Below are positions 1 through 12,532 of a stretch of DNA of 64,000 bases, one piece after another. The DNA is from Octopus sinensis (Eukaryota): the NCBI RefSeq assembly GCF_006345805.1, contig NC_043005.1:83762001-83826000 (forward strand), in the 5' to 3' direction. Position 1 is the first letter of the stretch, and each line of letters begins with the position of its first letter. Position numbers and translations under genes: made by a program. Below the pieces are notes generated by a model. It was not told where the DNA came from. It ran no database searches and worked only from the letters and a program-made list of their open reading frames with translations.

Positions 1-139
1 CATACATACATACATACGTACATACATACATACATACATACATACATACATACATACATACATACATACATACATACATTCATGCATACATATGTTTGTG
101 TAAGTATGTGTGTGTATTATATATATACATATATATTCT

Positions 140-506
140 TTTATATGCTTTAGTCATTTACTGCAGCCATACTGGAGCACCGCTTTTAGTCGAACAAATC
201 GATCCCAGGATTTACACTTTGAAAACCTAATTCTTATTCTATCGGTATGTTTTGCCGAACCGCTAACTTATGCGAATGTAAACACATCAACATTGGTTGT
301 CAAGCAATGATGAGGTGACAAACACAAACACACAAACATTTACACACACATATACGACGGGCTTCTTGCAGTTTCCGTCTACCAAATCCACTCACAAGGC
401 TTTGGTTGGGCCGAGATTATAGTAGAAGACACTTGCCCAAGGTGCCAAGCAGTGGGACTGAACCCGAAACCATGTGGTTGGTAAGCAAGCTACTTACCAC
501 ACAGCC
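140..506 (-). mobile_element. SINE family A
   Basis: Reverse complement of the family A consensus. Confidence 0.85.
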
Positions 507-559
507 ATATCGTCAATAAATCATAAATCCGAAAGATAAGCACGCTCTGTGTTATAGAA

Positions 560-2065
560 CAGGAGAAAGTTAGTTATGGCCAGTTCATAGGGTTACCCAG
601 ACAGGATATTCCTTAGGCTAGTAGATAAGGCCTTTACACAATCGCATAGGTATGGACTCCTATTCAACAGACACAACGTAAGAGTCTCTTTTAGCTGCAC
701 CCCCAGTATTAAGAATATTTTAGTTAACACCCGTAGGGCACAAGCGGTAGCAGAATGCACATACAGGGACTACAGCAGATGGTCAGTAGGAGGCCAGTGT
801 GAAACTAAGTGGGTCGTGTACGAGGCTGAAGTGGTATCGTCATCAACATCATCATCATCATTTAATGTCTATTGTCCATGCTGGCATAGGTTGGTCCGTT
901 TGACCAAGGCTGCTAAGTTGAGGGGCTGAACCAAACTCCTGTCTGATTTGGTATGGTTTCTATGGCTGCATGTCCTACCAAACGTCAACCACTCCAAGAG
1001 TATAACGGGTGCTTTTACGTGCCAGTGGCACGGTTGCATGGCACTAGTATCTGCCACGATTACGATTTCATTTTGCTTGATGGGTAATGATGGTGCCAGT
1101 TATGTGACGCCCATGCCATTGGCATAGGTGCCTCTTACATTACGTCAGTGAAGTACTATCTAACCCTAACAGCAGCAAAAACCCTTCCAGCGACTACGGC
1201 AGTAACAGACTCAGCAGCAGCACCATCGCTGTTATTAATAATAGCCACGGCAGCAACTAGACCAGAAATAGCAGCAGCTCGCTCGCTAATGATAATAATA
1301 ATAATAATCCTTTCTACTTTAGGTATAAGGCCTGAAACCATAAGGGATTAAGTCGATTACATCGACCCCAGTGCGTAACTGGTACTTATTTAATCGATCC
1401 CGAAAGATGAAAGGCAAAGCCGACCTCGACGGAATTTGAACTCAGAACGTAACGGCAAACGAAATACGGGTACGCATTTCGCCCGGCGTGCTAACGATTC
1501 TGCCAGGTCGCCGCATTAATGATAATGTTTATAATGATAACAAAAACAACAAGAGTAACTACAACCACTATAGCGCAGACAACGGTTCCAACAACAACGA
1601 TGGTTATAGCAACACCAACGGAGACGCGAACAATGACAACAACAGCACCAACACCAACTTCGCCACTAATGATGTCCCCTACATCAGCATTAACGACGCC
1701 AACACCAGCGCCGACAACAGCCGAAGTAACAGTGTCAACAACATCAGCAGAAGCAGCGACGGCAATAGCAGCATTCAAAAATACATCGGACGTTCCGGAA
1801 ACACCTTGAAGCAGCGACTCTCCAACCACGAGTCCTCGTTAAGGATCCCGGGAAGACGTTATGCCATGTCTTTAGCCAGCCGTGGCGCCTGAAGGACGAA
1901 GGGACTCCATAGGTATTCACAGGGAAGATCCTAGAAAAAATGGTGCCCTACATCAATGTTGTTGCAAGCTGTGCATAGCGGAACGGGCGAGAATATTAAA
2001 GAAGTCTCTCGACCCGAGAAACATCTTATATTCCAGGACGAAAGTCTTCAGACCCTGTTTATATT
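560..2065 (+). mobile_element. Penelope-like C-terminal/GIY-YIG remnant split by nested SINE and simple-repeat insertions
   Basis: FLRLVDKAF..FNRHNVRVSFSCTPSIKNI..GGQCETKWVVYEAEV (about 600-840) continues as KYIGRSGNTLKQRLSNH..CKLCIAE (about 1776-2065). Confidence 0.7.
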
Positions 2066-2169
2066 TCAGGCGAAATGGTTGAGAAGCAAGCTTCTTAGGG
2101 TGACGCCACAGAAGATGTAACTAAATTTAAATGAAAAATCAAAGAAACCTATTTTGTATATTTTCCTAG

Positions 2170-2392
2170 GTGTGCTGTTCCTGGTTACAACAATGACACT
2201 TATAAAATCCAAAGTGAAATCCATGAAGAACTGATCAACGAATATATTCCAAAGAGTGAGAATGATGGGGAGGTGGTTTATGATAAATGTTTGATATATT
2301 CCAGTACCACAGAAAATGGAAATCGAACGACACAGAAATGCAGCTCTTGGGTGTATGATAAAACCAACACGCACACCTCAATCACCTCTGAG
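2170..2392 (+). CDS. SLC22 gene A exon (large extracellular loop 1): RCAVPGYNNDTYKIQSEIHEELINEYIPKSENDGEVVYDKCLIYSSTTENGNRTTQKCSSWVYDKTNTHTSITSE
   Basis: Acceptor ttttcctag, donor gtaagg, 223 bp open frame, conserved SLC22 cysteines and the WVYD motif. Absent from the ORF track. Confidence 0.93.
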
Positions 2393-2445
2393 GTAAGGTT
2401 CTTTTGAAAGTCACTCGCCACATGTAAGCTAATCTATCTATCATT

Positions 2446-2518
2446 CTATCTACGTACGAAACTATCTATCTCTCCACCTATCAATCTATCTATCCATACA
2501 CACACATATGTATCTATC

Positions 2519-2549
<31 letters not shown>

Positions 2550-2760
2550 AATATACATATATATGTGTGTATGTGTATACATATGTGGGTATATATATAT
2601 ATACATATATATATACATACATACATATATATATATACATATATACACACACATACACCACATATATATATTTTTATGATAGAAGGTATACAATATCCAG
2701 GCAGATACCGAATTTCTGTATATATATATATATGTGCGTGTGTGTGCGTGTGTGTAAATA

Positions 2761-2809
<49 letters not shown>

Positions 2810-2822
2810 TATATATACATAT

Positions 2823-2919
<97 letters not shown>

Positions 2920-2938
2920 TACACACGCATATATATAT

Positions 2939-2973
<35 letters not shown>

Positions 2974-2975
2974 TA
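2446..2975. repeat. Compound (TA)n/(CA)n/(CTAT)n microsatellite; representative of dozens in the window
   Basis: Directly visible; source of the IYIYIY ORFs. Confidence 0.95.
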
Positions 2976-3039
2976 TTTATTTATAATAGGAGAAGGGATA
3001 TAATATACAGACAGATACCGAATTTCTATATTTAAAATG

Positions 3040-3660
3040 CCAAGGCTGGTTCCTTGAGATGGTGCGTTTTATGGTAAACTTCCTTTAACATCCGAAGTTA
3101 CAGTTTATTTATTGGCTATATAGAGTGTAAAGTACAATATTGATAATAAGGAGAATGAAGAATTTGAACATTCAAACTTTATGTTTATCTCCAGTTAATT
3201 TATTCATAATAATTAGCCGACACGTGTTTCGATCGTATTAATTGCATATTGTTGTATATTTATATGCAGCGATTTATGCATTATTAGTACAATCTCTTCA
3301 GGGTATATAAGTATGACATTGGTTGAAAAGGAGTTTTCCTCCGTTATTAATTTGAATTAGGCTGTGTAGTTGTAGTTAACCATCACATTCTTCGATGAGT
3401 TGTTTTTCTCAACTGATTAGTTGAATAAATTTCAGAGGCAACATTGTTTGTTGAAGTTGGCAAATGTTCTTGGCTAGTTGGGAGTGGTTATTTATAGAAT
3501 ACTTATCTTTTATTGATTCTACATACTTTATAGTCACGAGGCATTTTGATGGATTTCAGAGTTGATTGTATTATTTGAATTTATCTGAAGGTTATTAATT
3601 ACAAGTCAGTCAGAACCACGTGGTTATTAAAAGTAGTCAGTTGTATTTTTAATTTTTCTT
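3040..3660 (-). mobile_element. Penelope-like 3' remnant (also at 62790-63430)
   Basis: Decayed GIY-YIG tail (DYKV.RI; reads DYKVWRILQ in the gene B copy) followed by the hammerhead motif. Confidence 0.6.
3217..3303 (-). ncRNA. Type I hammerhead ribozyme motif in a Penelope-like 3' end (gene A intron)
   Basis: Minus strand: CC-CTGAAGA-GATTGTA...TACGATC-GAAA-CACGTG-TC/GG. Core intact, stem I short. Confidence 0.75.
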
Positions 3661-3833
3661 GTTGTTGTTGTTGTTGTTGTTATTTTTACTTTTAATCTGC
3701 AGCTGTGGTACAGTTACTTGCCGAAACACACCCAGTGTCCTGAAGCGAGTAAAGGACAAGGGATGTTACAGGATAGGAAAGGATATTATTATTATTTATT
3801 ATTATTATTATATTATTATTATTATTATTATTA

Positions 3834-3927
<94 letters not shown>

Positions 3928-3943
3928 ATTATTATTATTATTA

Positions 3944-3981
<38 letters not shown>

Positions 3982-3984
3982 TAG

Positions 3985-5150
3985 TTTTATTTTTATCCTG
4001 TGCATTCACTTCGCTACCGAACACAGCTCTGTGTGCCGTGCGTATGTGTTATGGTTTGTTGTGATGCTCTTATTGTTACTGTATTGAAAGTGTTTTGCGT
4101 AGGATGTGTGTAGCGCCTAGTAGTGCAATTTTCTGTATGTTATTATATATATTTGTTAGTCCTGGTGTTTTTGTTATGTATTTGAATATTTTTATCATAC
4201 CTAATGCGCCTATTATGATAGGAATTGTTTCACATTCAAGTTACCTCTATTCCAAGATCTTTGTTTTTTGAAAGTTTCTCCATTTCTTGTAGAGAAACAT
4301 TGTTATCTGTTGGCATTCATACGTTGATTAGAAAGCATTCTTTCGTCATGATCTCTGACAACTATATCGGGCATATTGGCCTTAATTTCTTTATCTGTGT
4401 GTATCAGCATATGCCAGAGTATGATTGCTTTCTCATTTACTGTGACCTTTTCTGGCGTGTGCCTATACATTTTTTTTCTGTTCTTATTCCATAGTCTTGG
4501 CATAGCGTCCAGTGTATATAGATCCTAACTCTGTCGTGTCTGTGAATATATTCCTTCTTAGCCAGGACTGGGCAGCCAGAGACAATACGATTTTGCTTTG
4601 TCTATTTCTTTTGCGTTTAGTTTAACCCAGTATTTGCCATGAGAGGGCTTTTCTTGCCATCGTTTTATCATGATCCGTTGATGCTCTAGTTTTAGTTTGG
4701 ATATCGCCTCTATCACCTTCCATAAGTTATATAACCGTTCTATGTCAGATTTTGGGTGGTGCATCTTAAATACTATCATTATTTTTCTTGTTTTCTTGTC
4801 TATTTTGATTAGTTCATTTAGAATCCAGATAAAGATATTGTAGCTGTAACTTATAACTGAGACAGCTAGCGTGTTGATACCTATAATCTTGTTTTTCGCA
4901 TTCAGTCCTGTTTTCAGTATTAATCTAACTAGTCTGTAGTGTTCTTTTTATTTAATTTTTGTTCATATTTGTATGTTGTACCGTATCTAGTTCATTGATT
5001 CCTAAGTATTTGTATGTCTGACTTTGTTCTAATTCTCTTATTTCATTTGCTGTATCTAGTGTGATGTTGTTATATTGTATCTTAACCTGTTTTATTTTAT
5101 ATTACTTCTTGTCATCTTCCTTTCTGCCAGTTCTACGAACAGCATTACCC
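3985..5150 (-). mobile_element. R4/Dong-like non-LTR retrotransposon 3' remnant
   Basis: HHPKSDIERLY, IHTDKEIKANMPDIVV and PIIIGALGMIK..QKIALLG..HILRK. The 3' end abuts (TAA)n. Confidence 0.85.
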
Positions 5151-5918
5151 TATTATCTTACTAAAATATATGAGTCTATATATAGAAGTATACACGTATA
5201 CATGTGTGCATGTATATAAAAACAGATGTATGTATATATACATATGCATATATGTATGTTTATATATCATGTATGTGTGTGTGTGTGTGTGTGTGTGTGA
5301 GTGTGTGTGCGCGTGTGTGTGTAGAACTGCTAGCTATGATAATGAAAAACTTTAAAGTTGTTAATGGAAAGAAGTAAAGTTAACCTCTTCAAATCTTGAA
5401 TATTGAATATTTCTCAAAAATATAAAAGTTATTATTTTCTCTTTGGTTGCCACAGATGACATTGTGATTAACAGCTTTAACAATACAAATATTGAAATGT
5501 TATATGAAAGAATCATTCAGAACTTGTTGCTGTGTGAATCCATACAATTTCATGGCGTCTGCACTTTATAAAAAGCGGGTGTTGTAATATTTAACTTCTT
5601 TTCACTCGTTGCTCAATATAATTTTGTTTGAGACTTTGCAACCGTCATAGATAAGCATTTCCCCATAACCATAAATATCCGTTATCTTTTATCTTTTACT
5701 GGTTTCACTCATTAGACTGTGGCCATGCTGGGGCATTGCTTGAAGAATTCTACTTGGACGATCGACCTCAATAGTTATTGTTTTTCTATAAAGCCTGGTA
5801 TTTAATCTATTGCTCACTTGTGCTGAACTCTTAAGTTAAACACACCAAATTTGGTTGTCAAGCAGTGATGGGGAACGAACACACACACACACACGCATGC
5901 ATACTCACAAACACGCAC

Positions 5919-5980
<62 letters not shown>

Positions 5981-6148
5981 TATATATGCCTACATACATA
6001 TATACACATATACATACATACATACATATATATATATAAATGCATATATATATATATATACATATAGACATATACATACATGTGTATGTATATATATATA
6101 TATATTATAATATATATATATATATATATGTATAAATATATGTATGTA

Positions 6149-6914
6149 TCTCTCTATATATAAAAGGTAGTTTGTCTGTCTGTGTGTCTGTCAGGTTGTA
6201 CCCTCACCCTGACCACGGCTTTCAACCGATTCTGATGAAACTTGACACACACTTAGCCCAATGTCATAATTCAAATCTAACGCAGCGAAAATTTTGAAAA
6301 GTTCCCCCAGTTCTGAAAAAAGATCGATAAATTTGACATGGGGTCCAGAGTCTAAGCTTATCATATGCAACACATTCTCCGTTGTAGTTTTCGCAACTTG
6401 CAATCGATTTTCACTAAACTCATGGTGAAGCTTAATGTTACCCTAAGGAACTTAATTCTGATGTTAGTTTTCCATGCAATACCTTACCATCAGAAAAAAT
6501 CGATAAAATCATGCCATTTTGGGAAATCGCGTTCAAATTCAAGATGACATATTTTCGACATTATTTTTAACAAATTGGCAGGAATTTTTTTTGAAATTCA
6601 CAGCGAGCATCATGTCTGCTCCAAGGAGCTATATGGCCCTTTTGATTCCAATAGGATACGTTATTACTGGAAAAAATCGGTTAATTACATCATATGTGGC
6701 ACACATAGCAAACCGATTTTTCTGCGATATTTTTTGAAAGTTCACATAGATTTTCCCTACTTCTTCATGCCTTACTTCTTGAATGCCTTAATGCCTTTTA
6801 GGCTTCATTTTACAAAATAACGGTTCAATGAGTACAAAAAAGGTAAAAAGGTAAAGAGCATTGCTTATCGACAAAGTTTCTTACATACCGGGGCAACGCC
6901 GGACTATGCTGCTA

Positions 6915-6915
<1 letters not shown>
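6149..6915 (+). mobile_element. Non-autonomous Helitron
   Basis: A|TCTCTCTATATATAAAA 5' end; CCGGGGCAACGCCGG hairpin (6888-6902); CTAG|T 3' end; no RepHel. Confidence 0.8.
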
Positions 6916-6975
<60 letters not shown>

Positions 6976-6989
6976 ATATATATATACAT

Positions 6990-7890
<901 letters not shown>

Positions 7891-7895
7891 GTATA

Positions 7896-7942
<47 letters not shown>

Positions 7943-7983
7943 TATACATATATATATATATATATTATATATATATATATATA

Positions 7984-8094
<111 letters not shown>

Positions 8095-8168
8095 TCCACC
8101 TGCCTTCGTCTTTTGTTTATTTCCGTAAACCTGCCTTCGTCTTTTGTCTATTTTCATAAAGCTTCCCG

Positions 8169-8221
<53 letters not shown>

Positions 8222-9038
8222 AGTCCCAAACAGTTGGTGAATATTGCAAGACATACCTTACCAAGAAAGACTTACAACCCACCAAATCAAGTTCCATGAT
8301 GCCAGAGAAAGGGAAGATGGTTGAAAGATTCTATTTCTTACTGTCTGGAACCAGCAGTCACTTTATTACTAATTAACAATCAGGAGAACGCTTTTACACA
8401 CCTCTGAAAGCTCTGCCATCCTTCAAAATCCCATCAATTATCATGCAGAGAAATCATAGAATAAGGGACAGTTGGGACCTGAAGGTGTCATCAAATGGCA
8501 TCAAAGTGGAAATGGAAGGTTGCAGGGTTATGCCTAATACCAAAGGAGTTGATGAGAACCATGGCAACTGGCAGAATGGATTTAGAATAATTCCTACAAG
8601 ACCCAAGGTTGACAAGGTCGAGGACAAATATAGATACCATCTTATCCAGGGAGATATCTGAGTATATGGAGGGTGAATGAGTGAAGAAAATGGAATATGT
8701 GCTGGGGTTTTATTGATAGAGTTTTCTACAAATGTACATCTCTATGATGCAATGTATGTTGGGACTGGATATTGATTGTGGTTCCAAGACATTGTCGCCA
8801 TAGCGTGAAGTGTTCTGGCAATGGTTATTGATAATCTTTCCAATATAACTCCTGGGTCAGAATAGATTCTGAGACTAATTCTTGAAAACAATCTTTACAA
8901 CAAAGTCCCTCCACACAAAAGATTCTGGGTTAACCCCCAACAGTGGCATAACTGCAGGAATGAAATTTGCTTAGGGGTGCAAACCCAGGTCCAAAATATT
9001 TTACAAAACGATTTTTTGCAATCTTAATATTAAAACAC

Positions 9039-9082
<44 letters not shown>

Positions 9083-9128
9083 TAATAATAATAAATAATA
9101 ATAATAATAATAATAATATAATATTAAT

Positions 9129-9220
<92 letters not shown>

Positions 9221-9589
9221 ACAAGTGCATTAGTCATATTGGATTAATCCAATAATGGGAAATAATGTTTTAAATCAGTCCAAAAATGGTTCCACGTTCA
9301 TTTTTTTGTGTTTTTGTGATAAAGGTTTTAGGAGGTTGTTTAAAGCCTTTTCATTGCCCCTGCATCACCAAATTTTAGTGGCTGTACTCTCACTGTTCCC
9401 AAACCAATGAACAAAGGTTCCTGTGACAGTGGATCCTTCCCTATTATGCAATCGATTCTGGGAGTGTCACATGACAGTTGTTCCTACAACAAAGTCCTTT
9501 GAATACACACTGACTATGAAAGGGGTTTCTAAGAAACAGTGTTTCTACAATTCCAAAGCATTAAATAGTTTTCATATTTCTCATTGCAG

Positions 9590-9693
9590 CTGAATCTCGT
9601 TTGCGATGATGCGATTCTGGCAAAGCATGCCTTTACCTTTTTCTTCTTGGGCTACCTTTTCGCCATGGTCGTCTGTGGAATTTTATCAGACAG
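9590..9693 (+). CDS. SLC22 gene A exon (TM2): LNLVCDDAILAKHAFTFFFLGYLFAMVVCGILSDR
   Basis: Acceptor tcattgcag, donor gtaagt, 104 bp, phase 0 to 2, matches the W/LNLVC...G.LSDR motif. Confidence 0.95.
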
Positions 9694-10212
9694 GTAAGTT
9701 TTGTGTGTCATATCTGCACGCTGGTGTGTTTAGTGTTTGCATTACATTTTGTATTTTTGCACATTTCATATGTGTGTGTGTGTATGTGTGTGTGAGTACG
9801 TGTGTGTGTGTGTGTAGTGCATGGATCTGTATATATGGTTGTGGATGTTAACTCGTGACCGAGCATGACCACTTCATAAGTTCAAAACTTCCTTGCAAAC
9901 GTTCTGAGAGTCCAAGAAGTTCCTGTGCATGGATTTGTTTTGAGAAGAACCACTTTTCTGAGTAAACAGCTATAAAACCAGAGGCACAACAGAGGCTGAG
10001 ATGACCAGAAGCCAACTGCACTTCAATGCTTTTTTATACAAGTTTACCTTTGCCTAAGAGGAAGTTCTGACAAGATATAGGGGTCCTTCATTCCCAGTGA
10101 TTTACATGCTAATTAAACCATACCTGGGACTTTAACAGGTGCTACTATTAGAGGTGAGATCTGGGAACAAGAGTATAAATACATACCCAAATGTGTACAA
10201 AAATACACACAC

Positions 10213-10251
<39 letters not shown>

Positions 10252-10427
10252 AATATATACGTGCACATATACCAAATCCACTGTCTACCAAATCCACTCA
10301 CAAGGCCTTGGTCGGCCCGAGGGTATACTAAAAGACACTTGCCCAATGTGTCACGCAGTGGGACTAAATCCGGAACTATGTGGTTGGTAAACACGCTTCT
10401 TAACACACAGCCACTCCTGCGTCTGTT

Positions 10428-10458
<31 letters not shown>

Positions 10459-10564
10459 TTGTGATATAATAGATGATTGTGGTGGTGGGGGTGTCGAATG
10501 TGTTTGTGTGTGTTTGTGTATATATATAAATGAATATTTATTATTCTTAAGCAAGAATGTTGCT

Positions 10565-11030
10565 GACAGTAACTTCGAAGTTTCGGCCAGCTAAGCCACC
10601 GTCCGACTGCAATACATTAGAGTTAGTCTTGCCTTTATATAGTCTGAGCTAGCATCTTCCTTTTGTGTGGGGGTTTGAGTGGAGTGGTAATCAGGTTTTT
10701 ATGGTTGGTTATTATGGAGAGGTGTTTTGGAGAAATTTTTATTGATTAAAAGTTGGACGATGTTATTGTTTAGAATTTATTCATGCAGGTAGAAATTTGT
10801 AGACAAGTGTGTAGGTGTTTCTCTTTTCTTAGGTCGGCACGAGGTGGGAGAGTATTGTTGTTGCTTTTGGTATTAATGGATGTATTGGATTTGACAATGC
10901 AAAGGTCAAAGGTACAAAGCCCAGTATTGAAGTCCTTAGTAATTGGGTGCCTCAACGTTTTGTTTTTAACAAAGGAATGTAGGTAGATGGTAAATTCTGG
11001 CTGAGAAATACCTAAACGTTTATAAATTTC
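10565..11030 (-). mobile_element. Probable Penelope-like 3' remnant with a degenerate hammerhead
   Basis: A hammerhead fold at 10566-10610; coding similarity is weak. Confidence 0.45.
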
Positions 11031-11299
11031 TACATACCATAAGATTGGTACCAGGCTTGAGAAAAAAGTACTGGGGTCGTTTCATTTGACTAGAAATTCT
11101 TCAAGGCAGTACCTTAAAGACAGTGCCCTCATCTTTAATTTAAGCAAAATAACAAGAGGTGAAGTAAAAATAATATATAAAATATATGAAAATATAAGCA
11201 AATAATATAAAAGAACTCTTCACCAAAGTAATTACACAAAAGGGAAAATGGGGGACAAAAGATCTGATGATTTAAAGGTTCTATAGAATTCATGGATAA

Positions 11300-11772
11300 C
11301 TTTATAAGTAATTTCCTGGATTGTTACATGATATCCTTCCATAACTATTCGCCGAATCTTCTCAGTCACCGCCTCGTTTCCACTTGTGGATGGCCTGCCT
11401 GAACATGCCTCCCTCACCACTCAGTAGAAGGCATGTTTGAAACAGTTGTACCATCCTTAATCTGAGTTTTGTCCATGGTATCATATCGCCAATGGTTTGT
11501 TGAATTCTCCGGATGGTGTGAGCTTGAGTACCACCAAGCTTTTGGCTAAACATGATGCAATATCTCTGCTTGATGCATTTGGTCGTCTGACGGGAAAACG
11601 AAAATCGAGTGAGAACTACATATCTGTACTTTAGGCATAACAGCCGAGAACTGATGCAGCCAACAGGCGCAGGAAGGGCAATGTCCCCCCCCCACATTCA
11701 AAATATTTTCCCCCCATGACATTAGAATTGGAGGACAAATCATTAAATTCGGATACCTTTTGAGCACACCTC
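11300..11772 (-). mobile_element. Mariner 5' remnant
   Basis: KQRYCIMFSQKLG... and SGRPSTSGNE..IRRIVMEG HTH fragments. Confidence 0.75.
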
Positions 11773-11823
11773 ATGTGTGTGTGTGTGTGTGAATTTAAAG
11801 TTTTTCTCTTCAATCTTTTTCAG

Positions 11824-11978
11824 ATTTGGTCGCAAAAAAGTGATAATTGTGAGTTTATTTTTGCAAGGGTCAACCGGAATAGCAACGGCCTTCATCTCCA
11901 ACATTTATGCCATATATGTGTTACGTTTTCTCACAGCTATTGGTGGTGCTGGATCCTTCGTTCCTTCGGTTGTCTTTG
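11824..11978 (+). CDS. SLC22 gene A exon (TM3-4): FGRKKVIIVSLFLQGSTGIATAFISNIYAIYVLRFLTAIGGAGSFVPSVVF
   Basis: Acceptor cttttcag, donor gtaagc, 155 bp, MFS motif A (DRFGRKK) spans the junction. Confidence 0.95.
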
Positions 11979-12169
11979 GTAAGCAAACAACAATAAAACA
12001 CCATAAATATTCACTTTTAAATTTGAATGCAAGTTGAATGATTTCCTGTCTTTTGTTCTTTGTCTGTTCTCGTCCGTTAGAAGGAGATCCTTTGATGGTT
12101 TTTAATCAGATCAACAACTTTATATTGTCTCATTACGCAAGAATTGTTACGTTGCTCTGAGTGGAAAGG

Positions 12170-12530
12170 CAACAGTCTTCACGAGGCAGTGTGCCAAGTG
12201 ACATAACTGTGTTCGTATGTTGTAAAATTTGTGTTCTTGGGATCACGTATATGGTGTAGTCAAGGACAGGAAGTTGGAACAAAGAACCAACGTGAAATTT
12301 TGCGTAAAACCTGGAAGTCTGCTACCGAGACATTGAGCATGCTTCAGGAATCTTACGGTGATGAGGCAATGGGTCGTACGCAAAGTTTCAAGTGGCGCGG
12401 ATATTTCAAAAGCGAAAGAACGTCCCTGGGAGCCGATGAACGATCAGGAAGACCTGCCACGAGCGTCATCTACCGGAAATGTGGAGAGCATTGATCAGCT
12501 TGTGCATGAGGATCAGCGGATGGCAACGAA
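12170..12530 (+). mobile_element. Mariner 5' remnant
   Basis: KSATETLSMLQESYGDEAMGRTQ...DERSGRP. Confidence 0.75.
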
Positions 12531-12532
12531 CG

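Noticed and set aside
1488-1892. 134-aa Asn-rich ORF and overlapping Thr/Val-rich ORFs
   Set aside because: Degenerate trinucleotide repeat fused to a Penelope fragment; no splice or homology support.
2446-3035. Long IYIY/CVCV/THTH ORFs here and throughout (for example 5814-6110, 7306-8159, 15531-16682, 51548-52070, 56689-57118)
   Set aside because: They are translations of dinucleotide and tetranucleotide microsatellites, open on both strands.
5456-5570. Good acceptor (ttgccacag) followed by ATG; candidate SLC22 exon
   Set aside because: No SLC22 similarity, and 2392 splices in frame to 9590 without it.
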